A program made the position numbers and the translations under genes. Shown in pieces: positions 48,593 to 57,860 of a stretch of 64,000 bases of DNA. Each line of letters opens with the position of its first letter. Positions within the stretch are counted from its first letter, which is position 1. The notes beneath the pieces were generated by a model. That model was not told where the DNA came from, ran no database searches, and saw nothing but the letters and a program-made list of their open reading frames with translations. Source of the DNA: Patescibacteria group bacterium (GTDB taxonomy: Bacteria; Patescibacteriota; Gracilibacteria; UBA1369; PNNO01); assembly GCA_042568575.1 (NCBI GenBank), contig JBHPIO010000002.1, positions 32,001-96,000 on the forward strand, given 5' to 3'.

Positions 48593-48919
48593 TTAATTGC
48601 TCACAAGGTGTTTCTCGAAAAATGCGACAATAAGCTTCACAGCCTCGTCTTTCTTAGCTTTTGCCTGACCAATAGCTGAGTTTCTGTCTCTTTCTCTGTC
48701 TTCAGAAATCTCTTTGAATTTTTTCATAGCATCTTGCTTTGCAGTTTCGAGAGTAGCTTGTCCTTTCTTTCGTAGCCCATCTTTATGTTCTTCAAGTTCT
48801 TTTTCTTTTTCAATCCGTTTCTCGTCGAGTTTTTTATGGTTATCTTTAAGGCTAGAAGCTATTTTCTTCTCTGCGTTAGCTTCTTCATCTTTGATTGTTT
48901 GTACTGGATCGTTAGTCAT
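48593..48919 (-). CDS. A/V-type ATPase subunit G/H (peripheral stalk)
   Basis: 108-aa charged coiled coil; first gene of the operon. Confidence 0.8.
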   Translation of the reverse strand: MTNDPVQTIKDEEANAEKKIASSLKDNHKKLDEKRIEKEKELEEHKDGLRKKGQATLETAKQDAMKKFKEISEDRERDRNSAIGQAKAKKDEAVKLIVAFFEKHLVSN

Positions 48920-48965
48920 AATTGCTTAAGGTAAATACTAAAGTTGAGCTTTTTTAGTCGCGAAG

Positions 48966-48994
48966 ATATTAAATTTAGGAGTGGAAAAAGTCAA
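48966..48994 (-). promoter_or_regulatory. promoter of the ATPase operon
   Basis: Minus strand TTGACT-17-TAATAT; divergent TTGACA(49035)-18-TAGAAT on the plus strand. Confidence 0.55.
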
Positions 48995-49093
48995 TATGAA
49001 AAGGGGAAAATTAACTTTCTTTAATGAAAATGACTTGACAAAGCCACGAAATCCTTTGTAGAATACTAGCTCTTGTATTTATTTATTAAAATT

Positions 49094-49738
49094 ATGTCTG
49101 AAGGAGATGAAGAACGCTCACAATTAGGACTATTTGCAGATCCGGTTCCGGCACTGGCAGATGTAGAGCTAGAAATTGACGAAGAGTTTGGAGAAGAAGA
49201 AGACACGTTTGAAACTTTTTTTGAGGCAGCCCTGCCAACTGTTGAGCGCTATGTTGTATACAAAATGACTAGGATTGTTGAAGAAAACTTGGAAGCGGTA
49301 TCCGTTGAGTTATTATCTGTGCTTGCGAATGATCCGTCTGATATAACTTTAGAAATGTTCCGAAATGGATTTAATAAAAATGTGAGAGGTTTGGGTGTTT
49401 GCAATTCTCCAACTGAAGAAGACAATATTATTGACTGGGAAGTTGAACAGGTAGCTTTACACTTATTTGAGTTTTGGAAAAAAATTATTAAGGCATCCCT
49501 AGAAGGTGCAGGTCAAATTGAATTAAACGATGAGTTTTTACCAACAAATTTCAATACTTCAGAGAGTCCCGATTATCAGGAAATGCTTAACGCCGTAGAT
49601 TTAGATGAAAAGCGGATTAAGGTAATACTTGGCGTACTTTCAGGGACATTTTTGGACAATAAACCCATAAGAAAAGCCTTCGATAATATTTGGGTGCGAC
49701 GCGATGAAGATAGAAAAATTTTTGCTTTTACTAAATAA
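49094..49738 (+). CDS. acidic hypothetical protein
   Basis: MSEGDEERS...; promoter upstream. Confidence 0.7.
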   Translation: MSEGDEERSQLGLFADPVPALADVELEIDEEFGEEEDTFETFFEAALPTVERYVVYKMTRIVEENLEAVSVELLSVLANDPSDITLEMFRNGFNKNVRGLGVCNSPTEEDNIIDWEVEQVALHLFEFWKKIIKASLEGAGQIELNDEFLPTNFNTSESPDYQEMLNAVDLDEKRIKVILGVLSGTFLDNKPIRKAFDNIWVRRDEDRKIFAFTK

Positions 49739-49754
49739 TTGATAAAATTTAAAT

Positions 49755-50942
49755 ATGTCAGAGGAAAGACCGGAAGATTCGTTTGGATGTACTGAGTTTG
49801 GTTGGTTAAAAATTCGTGAACTTGATGATGAAAGGTATGAGAAAGATGATATCCCGGAGACTTCTGAGGAATTTTTAGAGTTAATTCGAGAAATGAATGC
49901 GCTTGAAGCGCATTTGGATGCTTATGATTCTGAAGACATAAATGCTGGTAGACAGCTTATGTTTGTTCGACGTCATTTCCATAGAGTCCTAGAGGAGAAA
50001 CCAGAAATAGCTCTTCAAGTAATTGGTGAGTTGGAGAAAAAGATTCAATCTTCAACATCGGATGAAGATCCTTTTCGTTGGAGTAGCTCGTCGCCTCTTG
50101 ACCTTGTTCGTTACGTTAGGCTTTCACCAATATTGAAAGATAATGTAAGGGTGTGGGGACTTCTTGAACCCATTGCCAATAATGTGAACGATTATTATGA
50201 ATCACGTGATGCTTCTGATATTCCTTCTTCTATTCCAATTGAAAGAGTATGTGAAGCTATTCAGTCTTTTACAGAATTGTATCCTGATCACATTCTGGCA
50301 GCAGACACACTTGAAATGATGGAATGCGTCTTAGCTAGCTATATGATTGCAGAGGCATCTGTTGTAACTAGTGAGGCAGATGAAACGAGAAAAAGAATTG
50401 AGCAACTTTTAGGGCTTGCTGGGGAAGCGAGTTCTCGTAGTTTTAACTCTAACCTTGATGTAACCCTGGAGAGGGGATTCCTTCGCGAAGTTGAACGAGA
50501 GGTCGGTTTACCTGTTTTATCCATGGCTGTATCAAATGATGTATTGCATAGAAAGGCAATAAAAGAATATGTACTTTATTTAATTGAGGCAGGAGATTCA
50601 AAAAGAGCTTCAGAAATATGTGCCGAAATTTTAAATGAAGATCCGGATTCGGTTTTGGGTCAAACTTTATATGTAAGAATATTCCTTGGTAGAGGCACTG
50701 AATTGATCCCAGAAGAAATGAGGGATTTATACACTCGTCTTGGTTTAATGTTATTAAAAGAATCACTAAACCCAGAAATTTATTATTTGTTAGGACTTCT
50801 TGATTTAAAGAATTTGGAAAATGACGAACAAGCCAGAAGCAACGTACTTTTAAATATTGGTCATATAGATCGATGCGACCCGGAAGATAAACTTGGTTAT
50901 GGGAAATTACTTATAGAAGCTTTTCAACACGTAAGTAATTAG
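49755..50942 (+). CDS. acidic hypothetical protein with a TPR-like C-terminus
   Basis: 395 aa; helical repeats (ILNEDPDS, NPEIYYLLG). Confidence 0.7.
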   Translation: MSEERPEDSFGCTEFGWLKIRELDDERYEKDDIPETSEEFLELIREMNALEAHLDAYDSEDINAGRQLMFVRRHFHRVLEEKPEIALQVIGELEKKIQSSTSDEDPFRWSSSSPLDLVRYVRLSPILKDNVRVWGLLEPIANNVNDYYESRDASDIPSSIPIERVCEAIQSFTELYPDHILAADTLEMMECVLASYMIAEASVVTSEADETRKRIEQLLGLAGEASSRSFNSNLDVTLERGFLREVEREVGLPVLSMAVSNDVLHRKAIKEYVLYLIEAGDSKRASEICAEILNEDPDSVLGQTLYVRIFLGRGTELIPEEMRDLYTRLGLMLLKESLNPEIYYLLGLLDLKNLENDEQARSNVLLNIGHIDRCDPEDKLGYGKLLIEAFQHVSN

Positions 50943-53545
50943 TTGGATCCAAAGCTTTTTCTTTCAATTCTCACACCTTCCGGCAATGATCTTAAAAACA
51001 GGTTGCCGTAGCTTTTTGTAACGACACGTGAATCCATGACGATTACTTTTCCGCTATCTCGTGAAGAACGGATTAATCTACCAAATCCTTGCTTGAAGCG
51101 CAAAATCGCTCTTGGGATTTGATATTCATTAAATTGGTTTTCATAAAGCGCAGAACGCCTTGAGTGAATTGGATCATCTGGTGGATCGAACGGTAGCTTC
51201 TGAATAATTACGCAATTCAAAGCCTCTCCTTTTATATCTACACCTTCCCAAAAACTGTTTGTCCCAAAAATAATTGAATGATCTGGATCTTGCTTAAAGA
51301 GTTCAATGATTTTCCCACGTCCACCTGAAACGTTTTGGCCGAGAATAGTTATGCCTTGTTGTTTTAATATAGGGGCAAGTGTGAGATAAGTCGCTTCAAT
51401 AGCTTTTTTGGCTGTAAACAGCACGAGCATTTTCCCACCATTCTCCTCGGCGGTTTTTCTAATAATTTCACAAGACTGATCAAAATAACCGGGAGTTGCT
51501 GGTGCTTTTAAGTTGTCGTAAACAACAACTTCCACTTGGTCCGGATATGAGAAGTGAGAATGCAAGATACATTCCTCAAAGTGTTCATCCAATGCGAGCT
51601 GACTCCTTATGTAAGCAAAAGAGCTATCAACAGTTAAAGTTGCCGACGTCATTATTATGCTTTCCTTTTGAGAGAACAGGCCATCCTGCAAATGAGTTCC
51701 AACATTCACTGGAGTGGATTTGATTCCAACAGTATCATCATACTTTTTATATAGCCATGTGATGTTATCTTCATCTTGCTGCTCAAGAACAACAAAAGAA
51801 AGTGCATTTATAAGTTCGAGCATACTTGAACTTTCTTGCTGAATTCTGTCATCGTCTTCTTCATGCTCTGCTAGTTCTTTAAGGAGGGCGCGTCCTTGCA
51901 GCACCACGTTTTCTGCTGAGTCAGTAACTTTTTTCCATTCAAATTCCGCCTTGAAATTCTCATTCAACATTAAATTTTGGATACTATTCGCGTATTCAAC
52001 ATTCTTTTGAAAGAAGATTCCAAGAAGGCCAAACAGAATACTTATTTTATCTTTTAATGATTCAATTTTATCAACAACTTCGCTATATTTTTTTACAAGA
52101 TCTCTAATTGTATTTAAAGGGTGGTCGAAAATATCAACAGCAAGATTTATTGTGAGTGCCTTTGTGGCTTCGTTTTCAATATGATGTGCCTCATCAACAA
52201 CAAGGTAATTATGCTCAGGAAGTACTGCATGATTCGACATAGCATCGCTTAATAAAAGAGCATGGTTCGTTATAATCAAATCAGATTCATTTGCTCTTTC
52301 TCGAGCGAGAGAAAGGAAGCACTTCGCGTTGTATCGAGCGTCATTATGCGGGCATTTAATTCCATCGCAGCAAACATCGTTCCAGGCAAAATATTCACGA
52401 CCTTGCAGAGAAAGCTCCTCTTTATCTCCAGTTTGAGTACGAGGAAGCCAAAGCAAAATTTTAATTAGCATTGTGATTTCGTGCTCCTGGAAAGAATTCT
52501 TCTGTTTATACTTATCCAGACGTTCACCAGAAAGGTAGTTCTTTCGTCCTTTTAGAACTGTTGCAGAAAACGGAGGTGGAGCGTTTTCATCTTTTTTCAA
52601 ATATAGATTGATCGCTTTTTGAACTTTTGGAATGTCTTTATTAAATAACTGATCCTGCAGGTTCTTTGTATGAGTTGAGATAACAACTTTCTCGTTATCG
52701 TAACGACTGCGGAATGCAGAAGCCATTAGATATGCAATAGACTTCCCAGTTCCAGTTCCAGCCTCGCAAAGCAAGTGATGACTATTTTTAAACGCATCAA
52801 TTATTTTACTAGTCATTTCAGTTTGAGGTTCGCGGACTTCGTAATCTGTTTCACATTTACTTAGTGGGCCATCCTCTTTATACATAGAAAGAATTTCTTC
52901 TTTGTCGAATTTGAGCGTTTCTGTATCTGCAATGATTCGAGGAGTTCTTTTAGTTGGTTTAGCGTGCTCACTAGACTTATGCGTCAAAAACAAATCTTTA
53001 AGTGACCAATTTGATCTTTTAACAAGAACTTTTATTTCTTCAAGAATGTCATGATCGATTTCGCTAATTTTCTTTGCAAGTTGTTGGAAAAGTATTGCTG
53101 AAGCAATCGCGTCATCGAGTGCTCTGTGTTTTGCCTTATGATCTATTTCAAGTTTCTGTGTGATCATTTCAAGGCTATATGTTGGAAGTCCGGGTAGAAG
53201 CATCTGCGAAAGTGGAAGTGTATCGTATGTGATGTTCTCAAATACAATTCCCTTAGCTCTTAGAAAACCAAGATCAAATTGTATGCTGTGTCCGACGATA
53301 GGATAATCACCAATGAAATCCATGAACTCTTCCTGGACGTCTTCTATATTAGGTGCCCCTTCAAGATCCGCATCGGTGATACTTGTAATATGTGTGATTA
53401 GCGGTGGCAGCGGTTCGGACGCTTTTAAGAACGTTTGGTATTTCTTGAGAATTTTGTCGTTATCAAAAAGGGTTGCTCCCAGTTCAATGATCTCGTCACG
53501 TTCTGCAGACAGGCCTGTAGTTTCTATATCGAGTGCGATGTACAT
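50939..53545 (-). CDS. dinG: DnaQ-like 3'-5' exonuclease fused to a DinG helicase
   Basis: DIETTG and HRALDDA (DEDDh); EAGTGTGKS, DEAHH, SATL, FWEGVD and QGFGRLIRS. Confidence 0.94.
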   Translation of the reverse strand: MYIALDIETTGLSAERDEIIELGATLFDNDKILKKYQTFLKASEPLPPLITHITSITDADLEGAPNIEDVQEEFMDFIGDYPIVGHSIQFDLGFLRAKGIVFENITYDTLPLSQMLLPGLPTYSLEMITQKLEIDHKAKHRALDDAIASAILFQQLAKKISEIDHDILEEIKVLVKRSNWSLKDLFLTHKSSEHAKPTKRTPRIIADTETLKFDKEEILSMYKEDGPLSKCETDYEVREPQTEMTSKIIDAFKNSHHLLCEAGTGTGKSIAYLMASAFRSRYDNEKVVISTHTKNLQDQLFNKDIPKVQKAINLYLKKDENAPPPFSATVLKGRKNYLSGERLDKYKQKNSFQEHEITMLIKILLWLPRTQTGDKEELSLQGREYFAWNDVCCDGIKCPHNDARYNAKCFLSLARERANESDLIITNHALLLSDAMSNHAVLPEHNYLVVDEAHHIENEATKALTINLAVDIFDHPLNTIRDLVKKYSEVVDKIESLKDKISILFGLLGIFFQKNVEYANSIQNLMLNENFKAEFEWKKVTDSAENVVLQGRALLKELAEHEEDDDRIQQESSSMLELINALSFVVLEQQDEDNITWLYKKYDDTVGIKSTPVNVGTHLQDGLFSQKESIIMTSATLTVDSSFAYIRSQLALDEHFEECILHSHFSYPDQVEVVVYDNLKAPATPGYFDQSCEIIRKTAEENGGKMLVLFTAKKAIEATYLTLAPILKQQGITILGQNVSGGRGKIIELFKQDPDHSIIFGTNSFWEGVDIKGEALNCVIIQKLPFDPPDDPIHSRRSALYENQFNEYQIPRAILRFKQGFGRLIRSSRDSGKVIVMDSRVVTKSYGNLFLRSLPEGVRIERKSFGSN

Positions 53546-53655
53546 AGTGCGGTTTCTTTTATTCTTTTCGTTCGGGCGTTCATTATATCAGAAAGGTTGG
53601 GCTAGGTCGTTCAAAAAATTAGATAATATCCTACAAACATGTCCACGCTAATATT

Positions 53656-53684
53656 TTGACAAAAAAATACAAATTTTATATAGT
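53656..53684 (+). promoter_or_regulatory. sigma70 promoter
   Basis: TTGACA-17-TATAGT; no long plus-strand ORF before the downstream terminator. Confidence 0.7.
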
Positions 53685-53690
53685 GTTTTG

Positions 53691-54121
53691 AAGCTTTAAA
53701 AAAGAAACAAAAAGTTCACGAAAAAAAACACCAAAAAAAAGTTTCAAAACAAAAAATAAAAAAGTTCTTTAAAAAAAAGTGTCATAGCTAGAGAACGATG
53801 GGGAGAAGAAATTCCTCATACGAGACGATTCGTCTCAGAGCACCCAACCTTAATAAGTTTCTGCTCCTCTCATTCTTTAGCTCAGCGATGGAATAGTGAA
53901 TGACTATCATTATCCCAACCCACACAGTTGCCTGGTGATATCCTTCGTACTTCGGTACACGCGATGTCACACCCACGGGCGGTCGATGGCTCGACTGGAA
54001 ACTAATGCCAAAGCTGGGCTGTAAGTTGCACTCGTCATGTTTAAAACAAAAACAAATCTTGGACTGCCTAACATAAAAAGTAGTTGATAAGATTTCAACC
54101 CCACCTCGGTGGGGTTTTTTT
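53691..54121 (+). ncRNA. candidate structured non-coding RNA, family not recognised
   Basis: Bounded by a promoter and a terminator; GC-richer core with hairpins GAGACG/CGTCTC, GTAC-TTCG-GTAC and CGGTCGA/TCGACTG. Confidence 0.5.
54097..54121 (+). terminator. intrinsic terminator
   Basis: AACCCCACC-TC-GGTGGGGTT followed by a T-run. Confidence 0.8.
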
Positions 54122-54275
54122 GTGGACAAAAATAGGCATTCTAATTATAGTGTGCCCTCGGATTTCTTGTTATATCCAGTTTTCCTGCTAAACTTAAAAA
54201 AGATTCAGTACTTAGTACTGAATAATAAATGGCTAGTGTTAGGCAATTAGCAATTAGTACTAAGTACTCAATAAA

Positions 54276-54863
54276 ATGATAGACACCGAATGGCTTATCG
54301 TTGTTGTCGGATGGACAATTGTCCTTATGACGCTCTCAATTACGCACTTAAAACTGTATAGAGTTGGTGGTGGGCTTTATTCTCTCGAAGATCAGAAAAT
54401 CAAAACGGAGAAGTGGATTGTTCGTAGTGTAACTTTTGTTTATTTGATTGCGGCTTTTGCGATTGCAAGTCAGGCGTTTTTCCCGGCTTTTGATGAAATG
54501 TTTGACGTTACCAGGTACTATTTCGTTATAGTCGGAGTGATACTTTTTGCCATGGCTTTGATCTTTTTTATAATGGCAAGAGTTGCACTTGGTAGCAATT
54601 GGTCGTGGAGTGGATATCTTCTGCGTGATCGTCATAAATTAATTACAATAGGTCCATACGGATTTATTCGTCATCCTCTATATACAGCCTATATGGTTGC
54701 GGGTCTTGCTTCCGGGCTTATTCTCACAGATTCAAGAATCATAATTTTTGTTGTTTTGCTTTCGCCAATTATTTATTGGAAAGCGCTCATCGAAGAACAG
54801 CATCTCCGAATGATTTTTCCGGAGTACAAAGATTATGAAAAAAAGACTCGAATGTTTCTTTAA
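54276..54863 (+). CDS. ICMT/PEMT family membrane methyltransferase
   Basis: LGSNWS, HKLITIGPYGFIRHPLY and EEQHL. Confidence 0.88.
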   Translation: MIDTEWLIVVVGWTIVLMTLSITHLKLYRVGGGLYSLEDQKIKTEKWIVRSVTFVYLIAAFAIASQAFFPAFDEMFDVTRYYFVIVGVILFAMALIFFIMARVALGSNWSWSGYLLRDRHKLITIGPYGFIRHPLYTAYMVAGLASGLILTDSRIIIFVVLLSPIIYWKALIEEQHLRMIFPEYKDYEKKTRMFL

Positions 54864-54878
54864 GTACCCGGTACTCTC

Positions 54879-55949
54879 TTAGAGTTGCTTAATGAACTCA
54901 TCGAACAAGTAGCCAGTGTCAGTTGGTCCTGGCGTTGCTTCAGGATGGAACTGCACAGCTCCAAACGGCTTTGTCTTATGCTTTATCCCTTCAATCGTTT
55001 TATCATTTGCATTAACAAACCATGGCTTCCATCCAGCAGGGATATTCTTTTCACGAAGAGCGTATCCGTGATTTTGAGAAGTGATATAGCAGCGCTTAGT
55101 TTCAACATCAATACAAGGTTGATTTTGAGCGCGATGCCCATATTTTAGTTTGTAAGTTTTCGCTCCCGCAGCAAGTCCCATTACCTGCGCTCCCAAGCAA
55201 ATTCCGAAAGTAGGAATATTTTTTTTCAAACATTCTTTTACTATCTCCTGTGTTTCTTTTACTGTCGTTGGATCGCCTGGCCCGTTTGATAAAAATACTC
55301 CATTAAATTTCAGCTTGTTAGCGAAAATGTCGTAATTCCACGGAACTTTAATTACTGTAATATTCCGAGCAAGCAGGCTTCTAACTATATTATTTTTTGC
55401 ACCGCAATCAATTAAAACGACTTTCTTTCGTCCACGCGTGTAAGTGATTGGGCGTTTTATACTAACTTCCGAAACAAGGTTGTCCTTGTTAGGATCGCGT
55501 AATTTGAAATTGGATTTTTTGTCGAAAACAATCTTCCCGAGCATGGTTCCTTTTTCACGAAGCTTTTGAGTTAAAGCACGTGTGTCGATTCCTTGCAAAG
55601 CCGGAATATTGTATTCAGCAAGCCATTTTCCAAGAGTCTTTTTCATGTTCCAGTGATTCGGTTTTTCCGCGTATTCAGTAACAATAATTCCTTTTAAGTG
55701 AATTGAATTACTTTCGAAATATTTCTTAATGTTGTCTTTGTCTTTAGCGTCGCTTGGCACTCCATAGTTTCCAATTAAAGGAAAAGTCATGGTAAGAATC
55801 TGACCTTTATACGAAGGATCGGTAAAACTTTCCGGATACCCCATCATCCCTGTGTTAAAAACAACTTCGCCATTGCTCTGCGTTTTTGCTCCAAACGAAT
55901 AACCCTCGAGAGTCGTTCCGTCTTCAAGAATAAGGTAGCCTTTGTTCAT
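54879..55949 (-). CDS. carA: carbamoyl-phosphate synthase small subunit
   Basis: GEVVFNTGM, LSNGPGDP, FGICLG, SQNHGY and VQFHPE. Confidence 0.97.
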   Translation of the reverse strand: MNKGYLILEDGTTLEGYSFGAKTQSNGEVVFNTGMMGYPESFTDPSYKGQILTMTFPLIGNYGVPSDAKDKDNIKKYFESNSIHLKGIIVTEYAEKPNHWNMKKTLGKWLAEYNIPALQGIDTRALTQKLREKGTMLGKIVFDKKSNFKLRDPNKDNLVSEVSIKRPITYTRGRKKVVLIDCGAKNNIVRSLLARNITVIKVPWNYDIFANKLKFNGVFLSNGPGDPTTVKETQEIVKECLKKNIPTFGICLGAQVMGLAAGAKTYKLKYGHRAQNQPCIDVETKRCYITSQNHGYALREKNIPAGWKPWFVNANDKTIEGIKHKTKPFGAVQFHPEATPGPTDTGYLFDEFIKQL

Positions 55950-55999
55950 CTACGTAAGTTAGTAAAAATTTTCTTTTTCGATTCTACCCTTTTTTCTTT

Positions 56000-56791
56000 C
56001 TAATTTCCAGTAATCTTCCTAAGTAAATTTCTAAGTCGATTAACTATTTCACTTCCGACAGCCAGAAGTTCCGATCCAAAAGGGGCAACTATCATTTCGT
56101 TTAAATCGTCGTCATCAGATTCAGGATGGGCTGGTAATCTATATGCGTTTTCAGCTGCTCTTTCAGCAGCAGCTCTTATACGTCTATCTTCAACTTTTTC
56201 CTTATCAACAAGTTTTTCTAGAACTTCTGAAGTAATTGCTTCTAGACGGCTAATTACAATAAGCGTTATGTTTAATATAAATTTCTCACGTGATTCTGTA
56301 GAAACAAGACTTTCGTCAAATTCAAATTCACTTTCTCTAATCATAGTCATTATTTCTTGAGTAGTTTCTGTCTCTACGTGGTTAATTATACTCAGAACAT
56401 CATTCAATTTTATTCTTTCAGCATCAATCCCTTTCCTCTCTTCATCTGTGAAAACTTCTAATTTGATCAAAAGATGCAAAGCACCTAACGTTGCAATTAT
56501 CTTATCTGCTTTTAACTTGTTTTCTTCTATGAATTTTGCTGCTTCGCCATTTGCCCCGTAATCTCTTTCGATATCAGTTTTCCATTTACGCCTATCTGTA
56601 TGATTTTTATGATTATCATGAACCAAACGCAAATTGTCCCAATCAATAAGAATTTCTACAAGTTCTAGCTTTTCTTTGCCACACTTATTTACATCAATAT
56701 CTTCCAAGATAATATCAGTTGAACTTTCTTCAACTAAAGTTATTCTATCTACAATCTCTGGTGGGATATCTGGGCGTTTTTTTTCTGTCAT
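56000..56791 (-). CDS. acidic hypothetical protein
   Basis: MTEKKRPDIP...; about 263 aa. Confidence 0.65.
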   Translation of the reverse strand: MTEKKRPDIPPEIVDRITLVEESSTDIILEDIDVNKCGKEKLELVEILIDWDNLRLVHDNHKNHTDRRKWKTDIERDYGANGEAAKFIEENKLKADKIIATLGALHLLIKLEVFTDEERKGIDAERIKLNDVLSIINHVETETTQEIMTMIRESEFEFDESLVSTESREKFILNITLIVISRLEAITSEVLEKLVDKEKVEDRRIRAAAERAAENAYRLPAHPESDDDDLNEMIVAPFGSELLAVGSEIVNRLRNLLRKITGN

Positions 56792-56922
56792 TTGGTAAGT
56801 ATTATTCACAGGAGTACTATTATACAAAGTTCTTGCAATTTGTAAAGGGTTTTAGTATAGTGTTGCAAGGCTTAAAAATATAGTACAATGAGGGTGACGA
56901 AAATATTCTCTGATTAAAGAAC

Positions 56923-57849
56923 ATGCCGCTGAACAAGAAACACATTTTAACTACGAAAAATCTCTCCAAAGAAGAGATAGATCTGATTTTACAAACAGCC
57001 GAAACGTTTGAGCCTTACGCGCAAAAGGAGAAGCAGGGCGATATGATGAAAGGGAAGATTTTAGCTGCACTTTTTTATGAACCATCAACTCGAACCCGGC
57101 TTTCTTTTGAAACTGCAATGAGGAGAATGGGCGGAGATGTAGTGAGTGTTCCGGATATAAACATGTCTTCAATTATTAAGGGTGAAACTTTGTATGATAC
57201 TGCGAAGGTGATTTCGAACTTCGCTGACATTGTTGCTTTTAGACACAAAGAGGCTGGAAGCGCGGAAGAATTTGCAAAAGGATCAACAGTACCGGTTATA
57301 AATGCTGGTGATGGTCCAAATCAACATCCAAGTCAGGCACTTCTGGATCTTTATACAATGAAAAAAGAAAAGGGAACTTTAGACGGGCTTACGATTTCAA
57401 TGAGCGGAGATTTGAAATATGGAAGAACTGTCCATTCGCTCGCATATCTACTTGCTCACTATGATGTGAAACTCAAATTTGTGGCACCAAAAGAACTCGC
57501 GATGACTGACGAAGTAAAGAATTTCCTATCAGAAAAAGGAGTTGAATTTGAAGAAACTGAAAGTATTGAAGAAGGAATAGAAAGTAGTGACATCTTGTAC
57601 CACACACGAATTCAGGAAGAACGATTCGAAGATAAATCTGAATATGAAAAGCTTAAGGGTATATACGTTTTAACTCGCGAATTAGTTGAGAGTAAGAATC
57701 CTGATCTAATAATCCTCCATCCATTGCCACGTGTTGATGAGATTGCGCCAGATGTTGATGACCTTAAAGGTGCGGCTTATTTCAGGCAAGTTCAGAATGG
57801 AGTGGCGGTGAGGATGGCGCTTATTTCGATGCTTGTGGAAAATTCGTAA
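56923..57849 (+). CDS. pyrB: aspartate carbamoyltransferase catalytic subunit
   Basis: FYEPSTRTRLSFE, NAGDG..QHPSQ and HPLPR. Confidence 0.97.
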   Translation: MPLNKKHILTTKNLSKEEIDLILQTAETFEPYAQKEKQGDMMKGKILAALFYEPSTRTRLSFETAMRRMGGDVVSVPDINMSSIIKGETLYDTAKVISNFADIVAFRHKEAGSAEEFAKGSTVPVINAGDGPNQHPSQALLDLYTMKKEKGTLDGLTISMSGDLKYGRTVHSLAYLLAHYDVKLKFVAPKELAMTDEVKNFLSEKGVEFEETESIEEGIESSDILYHTRIQEERFEDKSEYEKLKGIYVLTRELVESKNPDLIILHPLPRVDEIAPDVDDLKGAAYFRQVQNGVAVRMALISMLVENS

Positions 57850-57860
57850 CCCCCAAAGTT

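Noticed and set aside
53691-54121. RNase P RNA or tmRNA identity for the candidate ncRNA
   Set aside because: GAAGAAATTCC only loosely resembles GAGGAAAGUCC and has no P4 partner; there are no tRNA-like ends and no convincing tag ORF.
53788-54129. 113-aa minus-strand ORF
   Set aside because: It runs antisense through a plus-strand promoter-terminator unit and has no recognisable motif.
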